Origin: Lepidodermella squamata
Lineage: Eukaryota > Animalia > Gastrotricha
Length of the DNA: 64,000 nt
Direction: 5' to 3'
NCBI GenBank assembly: GCA_047495785.1
Contig: JBLDXI010000030.1
Coordinates: forward strand, 682,001 to 746,000
Part shown: positions 37,678 through 51,152 of the stretch, in pieces
How positions within the stretch are numbered: position 1 is the stretch's first letter
How the letters are laid out: every line of letters starts with the position of its first letter
Translations under genes and position numbers: made by a program
The notes under the pieces: model-generated
What the model was told of the DNA's origin: nothing
The model's input: only the letters and a program-made list of their open reading frames with translations
Databases searched by the model: none

Positions 37678-38883
37678 TATTAAACGTAAATTAATAAGGT
37701 ATAGTAACACTAACTATAAGCCCGCCCTGGGTTTAATACCTGCAGCTGTGTACAGCTTTTGTTTGAGCATTACACGTAATATTAAAATGAAGGTGTACTT
37801 TGTTGTGCGTAAATACGTGTTTTTTTTGTTGATGTAAAGTTGAATGTGTAGCTCGAGGTTTTTGTACACGAGAGTGGGCTGGCTGCTGTAGGCAGGTTCT
37901 TAACGCCAATGGACTTCAAGTTTTACGAACTAACTCCCTTTTAATCGGATTTTTGTGCTGTGAAAACAATAATTAAAAAATTCAGAATTTCAGAATTTAA
38001 ATGAAACATTTAAAATTAATACCGAAAACTTTTTTCTGTTTATTTCGAATGTCATTTACCAGGAAAATAAAACTGCCCTATATGATGATGTGCTGTGATT
38101 CTTTATTGTATAAAAAGTGTTTCATCACAAAGAATTGCCCCAATTAGGCTAATTGCCATCTTCTAAGCGAAAGCAGATATCGACAAATGTTCCTCTACGT
38201 CCCCAAATCACCCCTTCGGAGTTTTAGGGAGGGGGGGGGGATCCATAAAAAAGGACGCTCCCGAAGCAATCATTTACAGTTTTCCTATCATTTCGATAAT
38301 TGACCGGAAGTGACCAAGCCAAAAATGAGAAGTTGCATTTGAACCATGAATATCAATGCTAAAGGGAGTATTAAACGGCCAAGGGGGAATTTGGTGCGTA
38401 GTTTTCGAATTTCGAACATCGTTTGTTCCACCTGATTTATCGAAACCGGTTTTAATGGATGATTGTGGATCGTTGATACAAAAAATAGCTAAAGTCCACG
38501 GTTAACCGCAGATGTTTGTCGCTTCTCCTGGCTAAATATAACCGCGGCATCTCTAACTGGGATCTTGAACAAATAAGCTACAGAAGATTGAGAGGATAAG
38601 CATTTTGAGAGAAGAACGTCGAACTGAAAAATGCACTTAAATGTAGACATTTAAAGAGGCCTAATTTGGTTTAATTTGTATACGAATTGTCTAGTCTAAA
38701 GACAATATCAATTGGCTTTGAGAATCAGGTCATAATCCGTAACTGGAACGCAATTATTGTGATCAAAAGATAGTCATTAATGATGTAATTGTTCGAAAAA
38801 AAGCTAAAACACTTCTCACCTACACCTATAAACTAAAAGTGTATAGCTCATTAGTTCATTTTTATTTTCTTTGAATTTCTATC

Positions 38884-41071
38884 ATGTATTGCCAGGTTTT
38901 GATTATTCTACTGGCAGCCCTTGCTTTCGATAGTGCCCTGTCAACCGACTGGGTTCGATGTTTCTCTCAATACGACAATTCGTTCACTCGATGTCGGAAA
39001 ATTGCAACGGGCGGCTGTAGGCAGCTGAGAGAATACGAGGTTAAGTTCTCTTTGAAAATTCTTAAAAACTGTCATCAAAAAGTTATTCTTAGTTGGTCAG
39101 CACAATCTTCAATAACTTGACAATTTGCAGCTCTGGGGTATGCTTCTTTTTAACGAGCTCTCGCCTGATAAACCTTGAACATCTATTTAGACCGCAAGGT
39201 TGTGTTACAAGTATGCCGACATCACACCTATCTGCCGCATTGGGGGCGTCGGCTGTCGAAGCGATGAAATGAGGGTATGAGCGATGATGCCTTTAACTAC
39301 CTTTATTATTTTAAAATTTTCGCTATTATTCTCGTCCAAAGCTGAACAAGTTCCAAGATACCATTTGGCTCAAAAAAAATCTAGCGGCTTGCACGTCATT
39401 CTTAACCGATTTTCCGGTAATTTACCAGTTCGAACATCGTCGACTAAATTTTTCCAAACTGTTCATATATAGGCTCAGAATTTCCAGCGATGCAACAAAG
39501 CCAATGGCGCTATTTTAACCTGCGTGCCATCGGATTTTTCTTGCCCTTCTGGATCAGTGAATAATCTTCATCTCTTTGCATCTTTCTATAAGATTTCTCC
39601 ATGAATTGAATAGATTCCTAGCAGCAATTTCACCAGTCTTGATAGTTGCGTAAATGGCCAACGTTAGCTACCTATACCTTGCAATATATATTTAATTCTT
39701 GAGAAAAATTTCAGTCACCGTCCCTGATTCACTGAAGCCGCATATTCGCTGCTTCGAATCGGAGACCCGAAAATTTGCCGACTGTCGACTGGCGAGTTCT
39801 GGCTGCATAAACGGGACCGAGACGGGGATTTATTCGCCATATTCGTACATCGACAAGGAGACCTGCCTTAAATCGGTGAGAATATCATTATGAAAAATCC
39901 TTTCACACTTTGTTATTGTAGAAAGCAGTGCAATGCAATACCAGCGGAGGAAAACGGTGCTACAGCCTTTGCCCAGCTGGATCGTCGCGGGTACGTGAAT
40001 ATTGTCTACTACTAGTTCAATTGCGAAATATTACTGCATTGATTTCTAGATGAAATTGTATGCCAACTCGACGAAATTTGCTGAAAATCATGAAGCATGC
40101 CTAGCAGACCTTCCTCAACCGGTACATTGACAGATTTTAAAATATCGCTTCAAATTACAATTTTTCCAGCTCAATTGCCTTTATGGATCATACAACGAAG
40201 CGACGCAAAAGTGCGATTGCCAGATGGGATTCAGCGGGACGCTCTGCGAATGTGAGATTTATTTTGAAATCTATAACTTGCAGAAAATATTTTTCAAAAA
40301 ACAGTTAATTCATAAAAATTGTCTAATTATCACAGATACCAAATTTAGAACCAAAGACATATTTTTTATAGTTATCAATTTTTTGAATTTTCAGTGGTAA
40401 ATCCTACACCACCTGGTTGCCCTGTGTACTGTTGGAATGGCAACTGTATCAACGCACAGTGCGTTTGTGAAACCGGTTGGACAGGCGATGGCTGTGACAC
40501 TCCGCTTAACCCTGTGTGCGATCCACCCTGCATTAACGGATATTGCACGACTGAAAGCTATTGCGAGTGTTACAGCGGCTGGCTGGGAGACGATTGCAGT
40601 TCACCCTTCCACGGTGAGTTACTAAAGTGATACATTATCAGGGTGCAACTATAAAAATTTGCTTGCAGATGGCGGCGAAGGAGGTGGTGGAGGGGATGAT
40701 GGCGGAGACAACGGTGGTGATAACGGTGGTGGCGGGGGTGGTGGGGGTGGTGATGATAATGGGTGTCCTTGCGTGAACGGTGACTGCAGCCTCACCGAGG
40801 AGGGGAATTGGTCATGCTTTTGCTACAATGGGTTCACAGGCCCTACATGCGCGACAGGTGAGTTATTTCATGCTAATGACTCCGAGCCGAAAAATGAGAA
40901 AACAAGAACATTACAAAATAATTATTTATGCTTTTGATAAATTATTGTGTCCAATAATTAGCCGTACCGACGTGCGATCAAACGTGCACGGGTGGCGTTT
41001 GCGACGAGGCGGGAAATTGCATATGCCCGCCAGGCTATGATGGGCCGAATTGTGACATCAAGTTACCTTAA
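38884..41071 (+). CDS. Secreted multi-exon protein: five 4-Cys modules, EGF-like (tenascin-type) repeats and a Gly/Asp-rich linker
   Basis: Signal peptide MYCQVLIILLAALAFDSALS; EGF motifs CVCETGWTGDGC, CECYSGWLGDDC, CFCYNGFTGPTC, CICPPGYDGPNC; stop at 41069-41071; TATAAA near 38827. Confidence 0.75.
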
Positions 41072-41503
41072 GTGTAAGGTATTTCTGAATATCCTACTAA
41101 TTGTGCTACTAATTTATTTTATCTTATTACAGCTAATGTGGTTCAAACTACAGGAAAACTGGTTAATGGCGAGAAAAAACAAACCTATTTAAATAATGAT
41201 ACTACTATTGAATCTGGAATCTATGATGTTACTATTATGGTCCTCGCAATTGTAATAAGGGATGAATAAAACGTTACATGTTACAGTTTTTTCAGCTTGA
41301 TGATAATCTGAGAGATCGTTCCATACGATTCGGAACATTGCTACAGCGCAGGGCTAAAAATTGAAGAAGAAAATCCATCATGCATGTATCGACCGGATAA
41401 CCTCGGTAATCCGGCAAGTGATAATTTCACAGCAGTTAATTTGTCAAAGCAGGTATCTTTGTTTATTCATAGCGCATCAAAAACCAAGGTTAAAACAACA
41501 TTT

Positions 41504-44500
41504 TCAAAATTTCAGCAGATCCGATGTTTGAACGAATCGCCTATAGTATTCCCGATTCTGCTGCAAAGCCGCTGTCGAAGATGGGATTCGGCTGTTAGTT
41601 GCTTCATCCGTTACCTTAGCATACTCATGGTTCGATTGGCTAATCACATTTTTTACCGCCAGGTCATTAGTTCCAAGTTTTCCGACATCCTCGCGACAGA
41701 TGCCTTTTGAGCGTGGCGTTCCATCGTATGTGTTCTCAGACATGGTTACGCCTTTGAAGCTATTCGAGCCAACAAGGTGCCTAGATTGCCGGATAAAGCG
41801 ACGTAGTAACCGCAACTTGGCGATATCCTCATACTCATCCACGATTACTTCAACTTTCGACGAGTTTCCAGCGTTACTATCGAGATCAACTGTAGGCGGT
41901 TTTTGCACATGAACTCCCTCAAATAACACCGAATCGCTCGACTCTGTTTCGATTTTCTTTGTTGGTTTTAAGGGAACAGGATCAATGGGTTGAACTTCAT
42001 AGTAGTAAATTTCAGATTTAGCATCTTGTTCCAGATTTTTTCCTTCTTTTTGAGCCTCGCAGCAAGTTTTCGCAACTGGCCCGAATTGACACAGGGCGAC
42101 CGGTAGAACTAGGATCATGAAGAAAAGCCCAACAACCACGGCGATGAAAAATACCCGAAAAAACGAGTACAGCGTGTAATTAGGCGAGGTTGATAGGACC
42201 ATAGTCGTTAGAATCGTCCCGACAGCTGCTGGCCCAGTTTCCGCTATCAACTCCCCTAGCAATATCCTAGCTTTTTGATACCTAATTTCGGCCCATGTAG
42301 AAGGAGCAGTGCCATTCTTTTCCGGCTCGACTGTCGTGAAAGTATAGATGCAATGGCAGATATAGTCAGCAGTCGCGCCAATCGACATAAGGATGTAGAT
42401 CAAGGTGATCGGGTCCAAAGAAACGCTCCATAGAGCCATACCAGCTATCGTTAGGAGAATGATAGAAATCGAAGCCAAGGCCATCCAAAACATGCAAATC
42501 GGGTGTGGAATCATGATTAAAGACGTAACAACCGTTGTCGCCACTGTGATGAGCGAAAAGTAGATGAATTGACTCGGTAAATGCACAATTTGGTCGAAAA
42601 ATCGCAGCAGCTTTGAGTTGTCTGTTACATAGACGTGAAATCCTTTCTCAGACTCGTAGGCTGATTGAATCTCTTTGAGACGCCTCGCCAACTCTGCCCC
42701 ACGCCTCAGCTCGCCAACATCCTTCATCAGAAACGTATTAAGGCAAACGATTCGTTCATTCTCTTCTCCAGCAGCTATGATTCTCGGCTTTAAATTGATG
42801 TCGTTCGTCCTATCAGCTACATATTGAACTCCATCCGTAAGAGACCGAATCCCACGTCCTTTGATCTCAACATCGCGAAATGGGACTTTATTGAGCCGAC
42901 TCCCCCATATAAAGGCATCGATCCTTTCGATTTTCTCAGCAATTTCAACGACTTTCCCTTTGATTAGGTGAAAATCACGGTCATAGAGCCGTGTTTCGAA
43001 ATCGATGAGTATCTCAACGCGGTTGTGTTCTGAAAAGTAGCGGAAGTACTTCCAGTCGGCCATCTTGAAGTCGTATGTATTCGAAGCCATGCTCGCTAAT
43101 CTAGCTGGATGGAAGCCAATATCGAGCTGTGTCCAAACAATGACTAAGGAAGCTGCGAGGGATGCCACGAAGGTAATAGCCACAATCACTCTACTGATCG
43201 GATGTAGAAGGGCGGGAGCTATATGGTTGAAAACCATCCATTTCCCGCTTGAAAATTCGTTCCCGGTTTCTAAATTATTCTCCGGCAGCTCCATCTTACT
43301 CTTGATATTTTGGTATATTTCCTCCGTTTTTGGAGGTTTTTGTTTCTCGAATTGAACACGGCCATAAGTGCAACACAATACAAAGCAGTTTGGCCACTTG
43401 ATGATTCCTAATCGAACCGTATCAGAGTTATAAGTTCAATTATCTTAGCATTAACTTACGCTTTGAAGTCCTTTTCCTCAATTTGATACAACTACAGCAA
43501 GAATGGCTCGTTGATTTTTCGGTTTTATCTGAAAAGACGATACAAGCCACAAAAATTGTCATTTGAAGGAAGAAGTCGTAGGCCAGAACGAGAAGGGAAA
43601 AGTTCGAATAGGTCTGAATCGCAGGAAATGGCGTGCTTGTCCCGATGAAGAAATCAATCATAGTCATAATGACTGTGACAAAAATCGAAGTCCCTCCTTC
43701 CTGCATCATAACCTTCGCTCGTTCTTCTCTGGGCAGTTTAGGATCTGTATTAGCCCAAACGTTCATCAGAATGAACATATCGTCCAGGCCAATAGCTAAA
43801 TGAACTCAGAAATAAGGATTGAAGGGCTTGAAATCGTAGCTTACCCAAAGCCATAATCGGGACTGCAACTAGAAAAGTCTGCATAGGATCTCCCAAGTAG
43901 AATCGAACTCCAAACCCTGCTCCACACGCTGTCAGCGTGCATAAAATCCCAAGAATGCCATGCCAAGGTTTCGAGTCGAGGGCATCGCTATTCAAAGCCC
44001 CAATCATGCACCAGATGATAACGCAGATGAACGTAATCGCAACTTTAGGCATCTCCTTGTAGAAAATCAACCGATTGAATTCATCCTCAGTTTGTTGATG
44101 AGTTTCCCAGTAGATTTTGATGTATTTGTAGGTATTTTTCGCATCAAGGAATTTTTCGCGAAGTTTAGCCTCTGCTTGCAGGGTCGCTTCAGTTGAGGGT
44201 AATGAGTATTGAAATCTGACTGCCTTCACAGAGTTGATTCTTGAATTGTAGCCGTTATGAGGATCAGCGAGCGAGACTCCACCTAAAGAATTCGCGATGT
44301 AAGTCTCCTGAGGGAATTCCTTGAAAGCTGGGAAGGTCAGTTGCTCGAACAGAGAGGCAAGTAAAACTTCATCCGAGATCTTTTTCCTATCGAACGTCTT
44401 TGCATGGTCGAAAATCTCGTTCTGGAAAAATAATTAAGCTGGAGTTTACTGAATATCGATTAATCACTCACGCTGAATCTGAGTAAGTCCCAAGTATCGC

Positions 44501-45116
44501 AGCAGTAGACTCGTTTCTCTTTATCCTTGCTTTGGTCATCCATATCACATTTTAGAGTCTCCCGAACCATGTAGACAAAGCTGAACGCTTCTTTCATGGT
44601 GTCGATTGTAGCTAGTGTGTCGTTCTTCGCTTCGACTATAATCGATAACCAGCGCCATGTTGGAGAATGCCAAGATTCACATCGAAAAGGTGACTCTTCT
44701 GTCGTTGTAGTGGTCGTCAAATTTGGCGGTTTAGTGTTTGATTCCCGCTTCCATCGTGATGATTCCAGGGCACCTTTCTTCGGCCTAGCGTCGACTCGTC
44801 TCCCGTGCGTCCAATACAGATGGCTCGTCGCATTTCTGAAATCCCCGTGAATATCGTCATCGATGAAGTAACGACTTCCTTCTTCCAGAAATTGGCTTAT
44901 CAAGTCACCATTTGATAGGGCGAAGGTTATCCGGGTTAAACCACTCAGCCCTCCAGCAGCAGCGATTAAACCGAGGGTAAGGAAGAGCCACGGAACTTTG
45001 CCCATAGCGTAGCCATAGCAACCGAAGCACCATGCCACAAAATCTGGCAATATACGATAGGTAAAGGTAGGAAATTTCGGAAAACCGAAATTTTCTTCGC
45101 CTATTTTAGTTGACAT
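41504..45116 (-). CDS. Patched-related SSD/RND membrane protein, paralogue 3 (more divergent)
   Basis: SKPWHGILG, IGLDDMFIL, EGGTSIFVT, SIGATADYICH; compact introns. Confidence 0.88.
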
Positions 45117-45431
45117 TATAGTAACTGAGTAGCTAATGTAATAGGTGTAGGGTGCGCGTGGCTGGTGTTGTGAGGCTCGCCTCTCATCCCATGCGTGACC
45201 GGTAATTTAAACCCGGTAGTGCGAACGTGTGCACCCGGTCGGTGCTCATTCCCGGTAAACATGATGTAGCTATAGTATACTATGATAAACACGAGTGACA
45301 TTTCGGTAAATTTTATTGCACTGGGAACTCTATGGTAATACACGACCTTAGGTGTTAGCACAACACTGGATTATCATTGAATAGTTCATCAAATCACAGT
45401 GTTAATCAAGTTTTGATTTAATGACTAATAA

Positions 45432-48400
45432 TTATTCCGTTGATCGCTTCGATTGAACCTCAATTTGACCAGCGTGGCCGTTTATGTGGACCAAATCGCC
45501 TGTCCTGATCAAATCCGTAGCTTGTTTACAGCCAACAAGGCACGGTAGGCCGTATTCTCGAGCTACAACAGCTCCGTGGGAAATGAGGCCACCCAGCTCA
45601 GTGACTAGGCCAGAAATCATCGGGAAATAGGGCGTCCATCCAACATCAGTGTAGGGTACAATCAAAATGTCGCCAGGTTGGATTTGGTTGGCATCAGCTA
45701 AGCTTTTCACGACTCTAGCTGTACCTTCGATGCATCCATTTCCAACAGCCAAGCCTTTGATAACAAACTTCTCTCCATCATCCCGAGTTATAGGCCGTTC
45801 AGGTTTCAACTGTTAAAGTAGGGAAATAATTCTCAAAAATCAGGCAAAATTCCAATACATACCGGTTCCGGATTGCCGTTCTTAATCTCAGCGAATTGGA
45901 AGGTGCTGAATTTCGGGAACAGTTTCCTACGTCGAAGAGCTTTCGCAATAAGCTTCGGTGACCTCCTGACCAAAAGGGACTCCAACTCCTCAGGTGACAG
46001 GAAGAACAATAGGTCAGTATCAGGAAGATTGCCTCGCTCGGTTAGAATAACAGCCAAGCGGCGGTAGATGCGTCTGAGGTGGTCCATTTGCATGATGCTG
46101 TAAGATTTGGCCCATTCTCGGAGACCGACAGCCTCACGAGCTTTGGGCAGGAAATACTTGATGACCATGCGTTGAATGCCGTTCAAAGGAGTTTTTATAG
46201 ACTCCAAAGATTCTTCAATGCTCAGCATTTTCTTGTCACCGTGGATCGTCGTACCAGCGTTAGATGAAATCATAACCTTCAGGGCATCAACAACCTTTTC
46301 TGGCTCTTCAGCCCAAGACAGTTCACGCATATCAGACTGTAGAAATTCAGCGAAAATTAGAAGAGGATGGAAAGTCATCCCTAAAACTTACATCTCGGAC
46401 ACATCGATGGCCGTGTTTCTTGATGAATTTTTTGAACAGCTTGCCGTGTTCCTTCGACTCATCGGAAAGCAGCCACTTAGCAGCGTCCAAGCGTTCCATG
46501 GCCATGAATCCATCGGATGTTCCCTCATCGCTCTTGATCGATGCAGCGATAGCCTGCAGCTGAGTGGGAACATCGGCTGAATAGACGTCAGTGCAGGATG
46601 ACAGCAATGTTGCCATATCTTCGTAGATTCGTAGATCATCCCGAGTTATAGGCCGTTCAGGTTTCAACTGTTAAAGTAGGGAAATAATTCTCAAAAATCA
46701 GGCAAAATTCCAATACATACCGGTTCCGGATTGCCGTTCTTAATCTCAGCGAATTGGAAGGTGCTGAATTTCGGGAACAGTTTCCTACGTCGAAGAGCTT
46801 TCGCAATAAGCTTCGGTGACCTCCTGACCAAAAGGGACTCCAACTCCTCAGGTGACAGGAAGAACAATAGGTCAGTATCAGGAAGATTGCCTCGCTCGGT
46901 TAGAATAACAGCCAAGCGGCGGTAGATGCGTCTGAGGTGGTCCATTTGCATGATGCTGTAAGATTTGGCCCATTCTCGGAGACCGACAGCCTCACGAGCT
47001 TTGGGCAGGAAATACTTGATGACCATGCGTTGAATGCCGTTCAAAGGAGTTTTTATAGACTCCAAAGATTCTTCAATGCTCAGCATTTTCTTGTCACCGT
47101 GGATCGTCGTACCAGCGTTAGATGAAATCATAACCTTCAGGGCATCAACAACCTTTTCTGGCTCTTCAGCCCAAGACAGTTCACGCATATCAGACTGTAG
47201 AAATTCAGCGAAAATTAGAAGAGGATGGAAAGTCATCCCTAAAACTTACATCTCGGACACATCGATGGCCGTGTTTCTTGATGAATTTTTTGAACAGCTT
47301 GCCGTGTTCCTTCGACTCATCGGAAAGCAGCCACTTAGCAGCGTCCAAGCGTTCCATGGCCATGAATCCATCGGATGTTCCCTCATCGCTCTTGATCGAT
47401 GCAGCGATAGCCTGCAGCTGAGTGGGAACATCGGCTGAATAGACGTCAGTGCAGGATGACAGCAATGTTGCCATATCTTCGTAGATTTGCGGCCCCCAGT
47501 CTGTAGATTAAAATTAAAATTAATTTTCAATTTTAATAATTTAAATTAATTCAAATTGTTAATTAATTTAATTAATTTTGATTTGATTATCAATCAGGTA
47601 ATGAATTAAGTTAACTTTTTTAATTTTTATCACTTACTCAAAGTGCTATCAAGAGTGTTCATGATAATCATGGGGTACATAGTTGCGAGAGTTGACAGAC
47701 GGATGTGTTGTAGCCACGTCTCTCTCAGAAACGCCAATGACTCCTCAGCTTGCTTGAACAGCTCAACAGGGTCAGTCGTGGAAGGTATCATGAAGCTCTC
47801 AATCCGTTCAGTGAGGTCTTTCATGCCATTGTGAGGGAACAGCCGCTGCCTCCATGCGAACAAGGAGTCAACTTTCTGCCAGAACGGGCTGCTCATGTCG
47901 TTTTGCTCGATAAAATTCTCAAACGAGAATTCATTCGTTTTTCGCCCGAAAAGAGCCATGTCACCAGAAATTTTTCCGAACTCGTTCGTCATACCACTTC
48001 CGACCATCTGAGGAACAATAAATTTCGGTAAAGTATCAAAACTGAAGTAGGTATATTACCGTCCAATTGATGAAAACATGTTGACGGCTCACTGCCATTA
48101 ACCGCGTGATCTCGAATCTTTGCCGTGGTTTGATAAAAATGCTTCTCTGGTTACACTCCATCGCGTGTATCATCGATCGAAGCCAAACAACGCCGGCGAG
48201 CGGCGACAGAGCGCCAGGCATCATTTCTTGCACATTGGCTGTTGTTATCCATTCTTGGTCGCTGGCAACAGGCGTATCGAACTCCTGCAGCAATTCCCAT
48301 TCTTGCTCCATATCGGCGGTTGTAATCGGGCGAGCTTGCAGGATCAAGATATCAAACTCGCCATTTGGGTGCTTCTTAACAGCGAACTCAACATCTCGAC

Positions 48401-50929
48401 CTGAGCCGAAAATCTTTAAGAAACGTTAAATTGATGACTTTTCATTGAGGAACAAAGCCTACCCTTTCGATATATTGCCCAGCTTGGAAGAGTCTCTTGA
48501 TTTCTGCTTCGCTGAGGCAGCAGTGGTCATCTCGATCCAGCTCAACCGAGGAGAGGCTTTCCTCCTCCACCACGCCTTTTGCTTCATCCAATCGATATGC
48601 AGTGGCCTTCTCACCAAGGACATCATAAGCGATCCTAACCTCTTTACCTTCTGGGTCAACTTTGTAGACGCTGATCGTATCGGGCTGGACGTGGCCTGAA
48701 ACGACGCCCTCGCCAATACCAAAGCAGGCATTGATGACAGAACGAGCGGTCGAACCAGTATCAGGGTGTCTAGTGAATAGAACACCAGCGACATCCGCCT
48801 TGACAAGTTCTTGAACCAAAACAGCCATGGGCGAGTCCAATTTTGCGCACAATTGCCTTCGGTATTGAATAGCTCGGAATGCGAAGTGCGATGCCCAACA
48901 TTTTTTCAAAGACTTGAAAATTCGCTCCTCGCCACGTTCGCCGAGGAAAGTTTCCATTTGACCAGCCCCTGAAGCCTCAGTACCATCTTCCCCAACAGCG
49001 GATGAACGTACAGCTGTGAAGGCTGTTTGCCACTTGCCTTCGCCGAAAGTTGTCTTCATGTGATCGATGATCTCGTTTTTGAGGGATTCCGTTAGTTCGG
49101 ATGCGATAAAAGCTTCGTCGAGGATTTGACAAGCTTTTTCGAGGGCAGCGGTCAACTCAGCTGTTGTAGCTTCGTCGTTGCTGCGGCTCAATTGGTTTGC
49201 CAGGTCGAGGACTTCTTTCACATGATCAGCGAGATGCGGATGAGCCTTGATGTGGTTCTCGTAGGCAGCGACGGTGATAGCAAAGCCATCGGGAACCTTC
49301 ATAATTCCTGTTGAATCAGGGTGCTTCGAAGTTACAGCAACGATATCGGCTAACTTCGCAGCTTTGCCGCCAGTGAATGAACTGTGAAAAATAATTTAAG
49401 GATAATTTTATCTGAACTCACGATTAAAATCTTAGTTTTTATGGAAATTTCGAAAATTCAAGGGGTTCCCTGCAATTCTGAGGAAATTCCAGGAAATTTG
49501 AGAAGTATTGAAAGACTTGCAGAAAATTTAAAAAAATTCAACAATCCAAAACAAAAATTAGGAGAACCTGTTTCGACAGGCCGGATCGTTAAGCTGGATG
49601 CATTGCGGAACTTTTGATGGAAGCGATACAGCAGGAAGTTCGTTGATCAAAATTCGTTTATCAGCCAAGCCATCATGACTCGAGCTGATATTTTCGCCAA
49701 GATTGTTGATTTGAACAACTCCATAACCAGTCTGTTTCCCGTCGAATGTTACCTTGACCAGTTTCTCATGCCTTACCAGAGCAAACAGCTCTTCAGCTGT
49801 TCCCTGAAGGTGAGAACGCTGCGAACTGGTTACTTCGATGTCCAACTGGTGAATCCTGCCATCTAATTCAAAAAGTATTCAAAAATGCAATCCTTATTCT
49901 GAAATTCAACTTACGAGCAGCAATGTTGATCGAAAGCTGCTGAAGGTCGTTCGGCAAATGAGCCAGGTGGAAATCTGACCAGGTAACAGGGTACACATAA
50001 CCATTTTGGTAGGTGATATAACCGCTTAGATGGTGAGTAAGGTGATTCTTGTTGCTAACAGCTTTCAACGAAACGACAAGGCCATTCTCGAGACGCGTGA
50101 ATAAGGTAAAGAAACCCTGGCTGCCTCGAAGTTGAGCCGGGCCGGTTTTGAACGTTCTGATGCCATGCAGCGTCAATTCATGCCGTTCGTTACTAACCTC
50201 AACAACGCCACGAATTTCACCAGCTTGCTCCAAAACGACCTTTTCAGGCTTCAAAATCGAGAGAACTTTCGCGAATGAATCAGCCTCATTTGTAAGGCAG
50301 GTTGCTAGAAGTTTCGGGCAGTAATCAATCGAATGGTTAGCAGGGTCTGTTAGGGCTCGAAACCATAGCCTAACACTGACTTCTTCATAACTCGGCTCAG
50401 GTATATCAGACTCGACTTTCATCAAACCAGAGTAGAGAATACGATAGGTCCGAATAGGGTCTATTGCCCGTATCCTAATGCCACCAGCGGAGATGTAGCC
50501 TTTCTCCTCATCATCGCCCGTTGGAGTTTCGTCCACAGTCAAACGATCAGGCTCAGCGTGATGCGTGAGAACCCGCCCATCAGCCAGCTTGATTGTTAGC
50601 CCAACCTCGGCTATCGAGTTGAAATGCCGCTTCAAAAGGACGGTGACCACATTTCCATGCTTGTCATTTGCCGAGAAGCTCAACGAGTTTGCTTCACCTC
50701 GTTTCGGAGTTTTGCTAACGTTGTTCTGCTCGATTTCTTCATTAGCATGCTTGCGGCGGTGGTAAGCTTTGTAGGCCTTGTTCAGAGCTAGAATAATCGT
50801 CAGGATCGCGAACTGAACACTGCTCCATAGATCGGCTCGTTGTGAGTAGAGGCCCTTCAACTTCGGGACAGTTTTATCCCGGGTTAAATAAGCGAAAATC
50901 ACAATAGCTGAAATTAGAAGTAACACCAT
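45432..50929 (-). CDS. PPDK_N + PEP-utiliser swivel-His enzyme (rifampicin phosphotransferase / PigC / PEP-synthase-like) with an N-terminal membrane anchor
   Basis: Spliced motifs GGKAAKL, VPDGFAIT, AVRSSAVGEDGTEASGAGQMET, DVAGVLFT, GEGVVSG, DVEFA, LQARPIT, HGHRC, TDVGWTPYF, GGLISHGAVVAREYGLP; canonical GT-AG introns. Confidence 0.9.
45777..47487. repeat. Exact tandem duplication, period 858 bp
   Basis: 45777-46629 matches 46635-47487 including introns; identical ORFs offset by 858 in the track. Confidence 0.95.
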
Positions 50930-51152
50930 AGTTTTTTACAAGAAATTTAATTATGTGACCACGACTAGCGTCTCTCGTTAGGTTACGCGACATCCTATCT
51001 AGTTGATAGGGAGCTTTATCTCGTTGACCCGCTATTTAAGATAACGTTTTAGAACGGCGCTATGGATGTTTCGCGATAACTGCGAGCGTGTCTGGGTTAA
51101 CTGGGCAAAAATGGTGTCCACATCATTAAGATCATCTGAGGTGAGAGATAAG

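Noticed and set aside
19566-49314. Numerous plus-strand ORFs overlapping the Patched-like and enzyme exons
   Set aside because: Antisense shadows of real minus-strand coding sequence.
45432-50929. Bacterial contamination explaining the RPH/PigC-like gene
   Set aside because: It has multiple spliceosomal introns of the same style as its neighbours.
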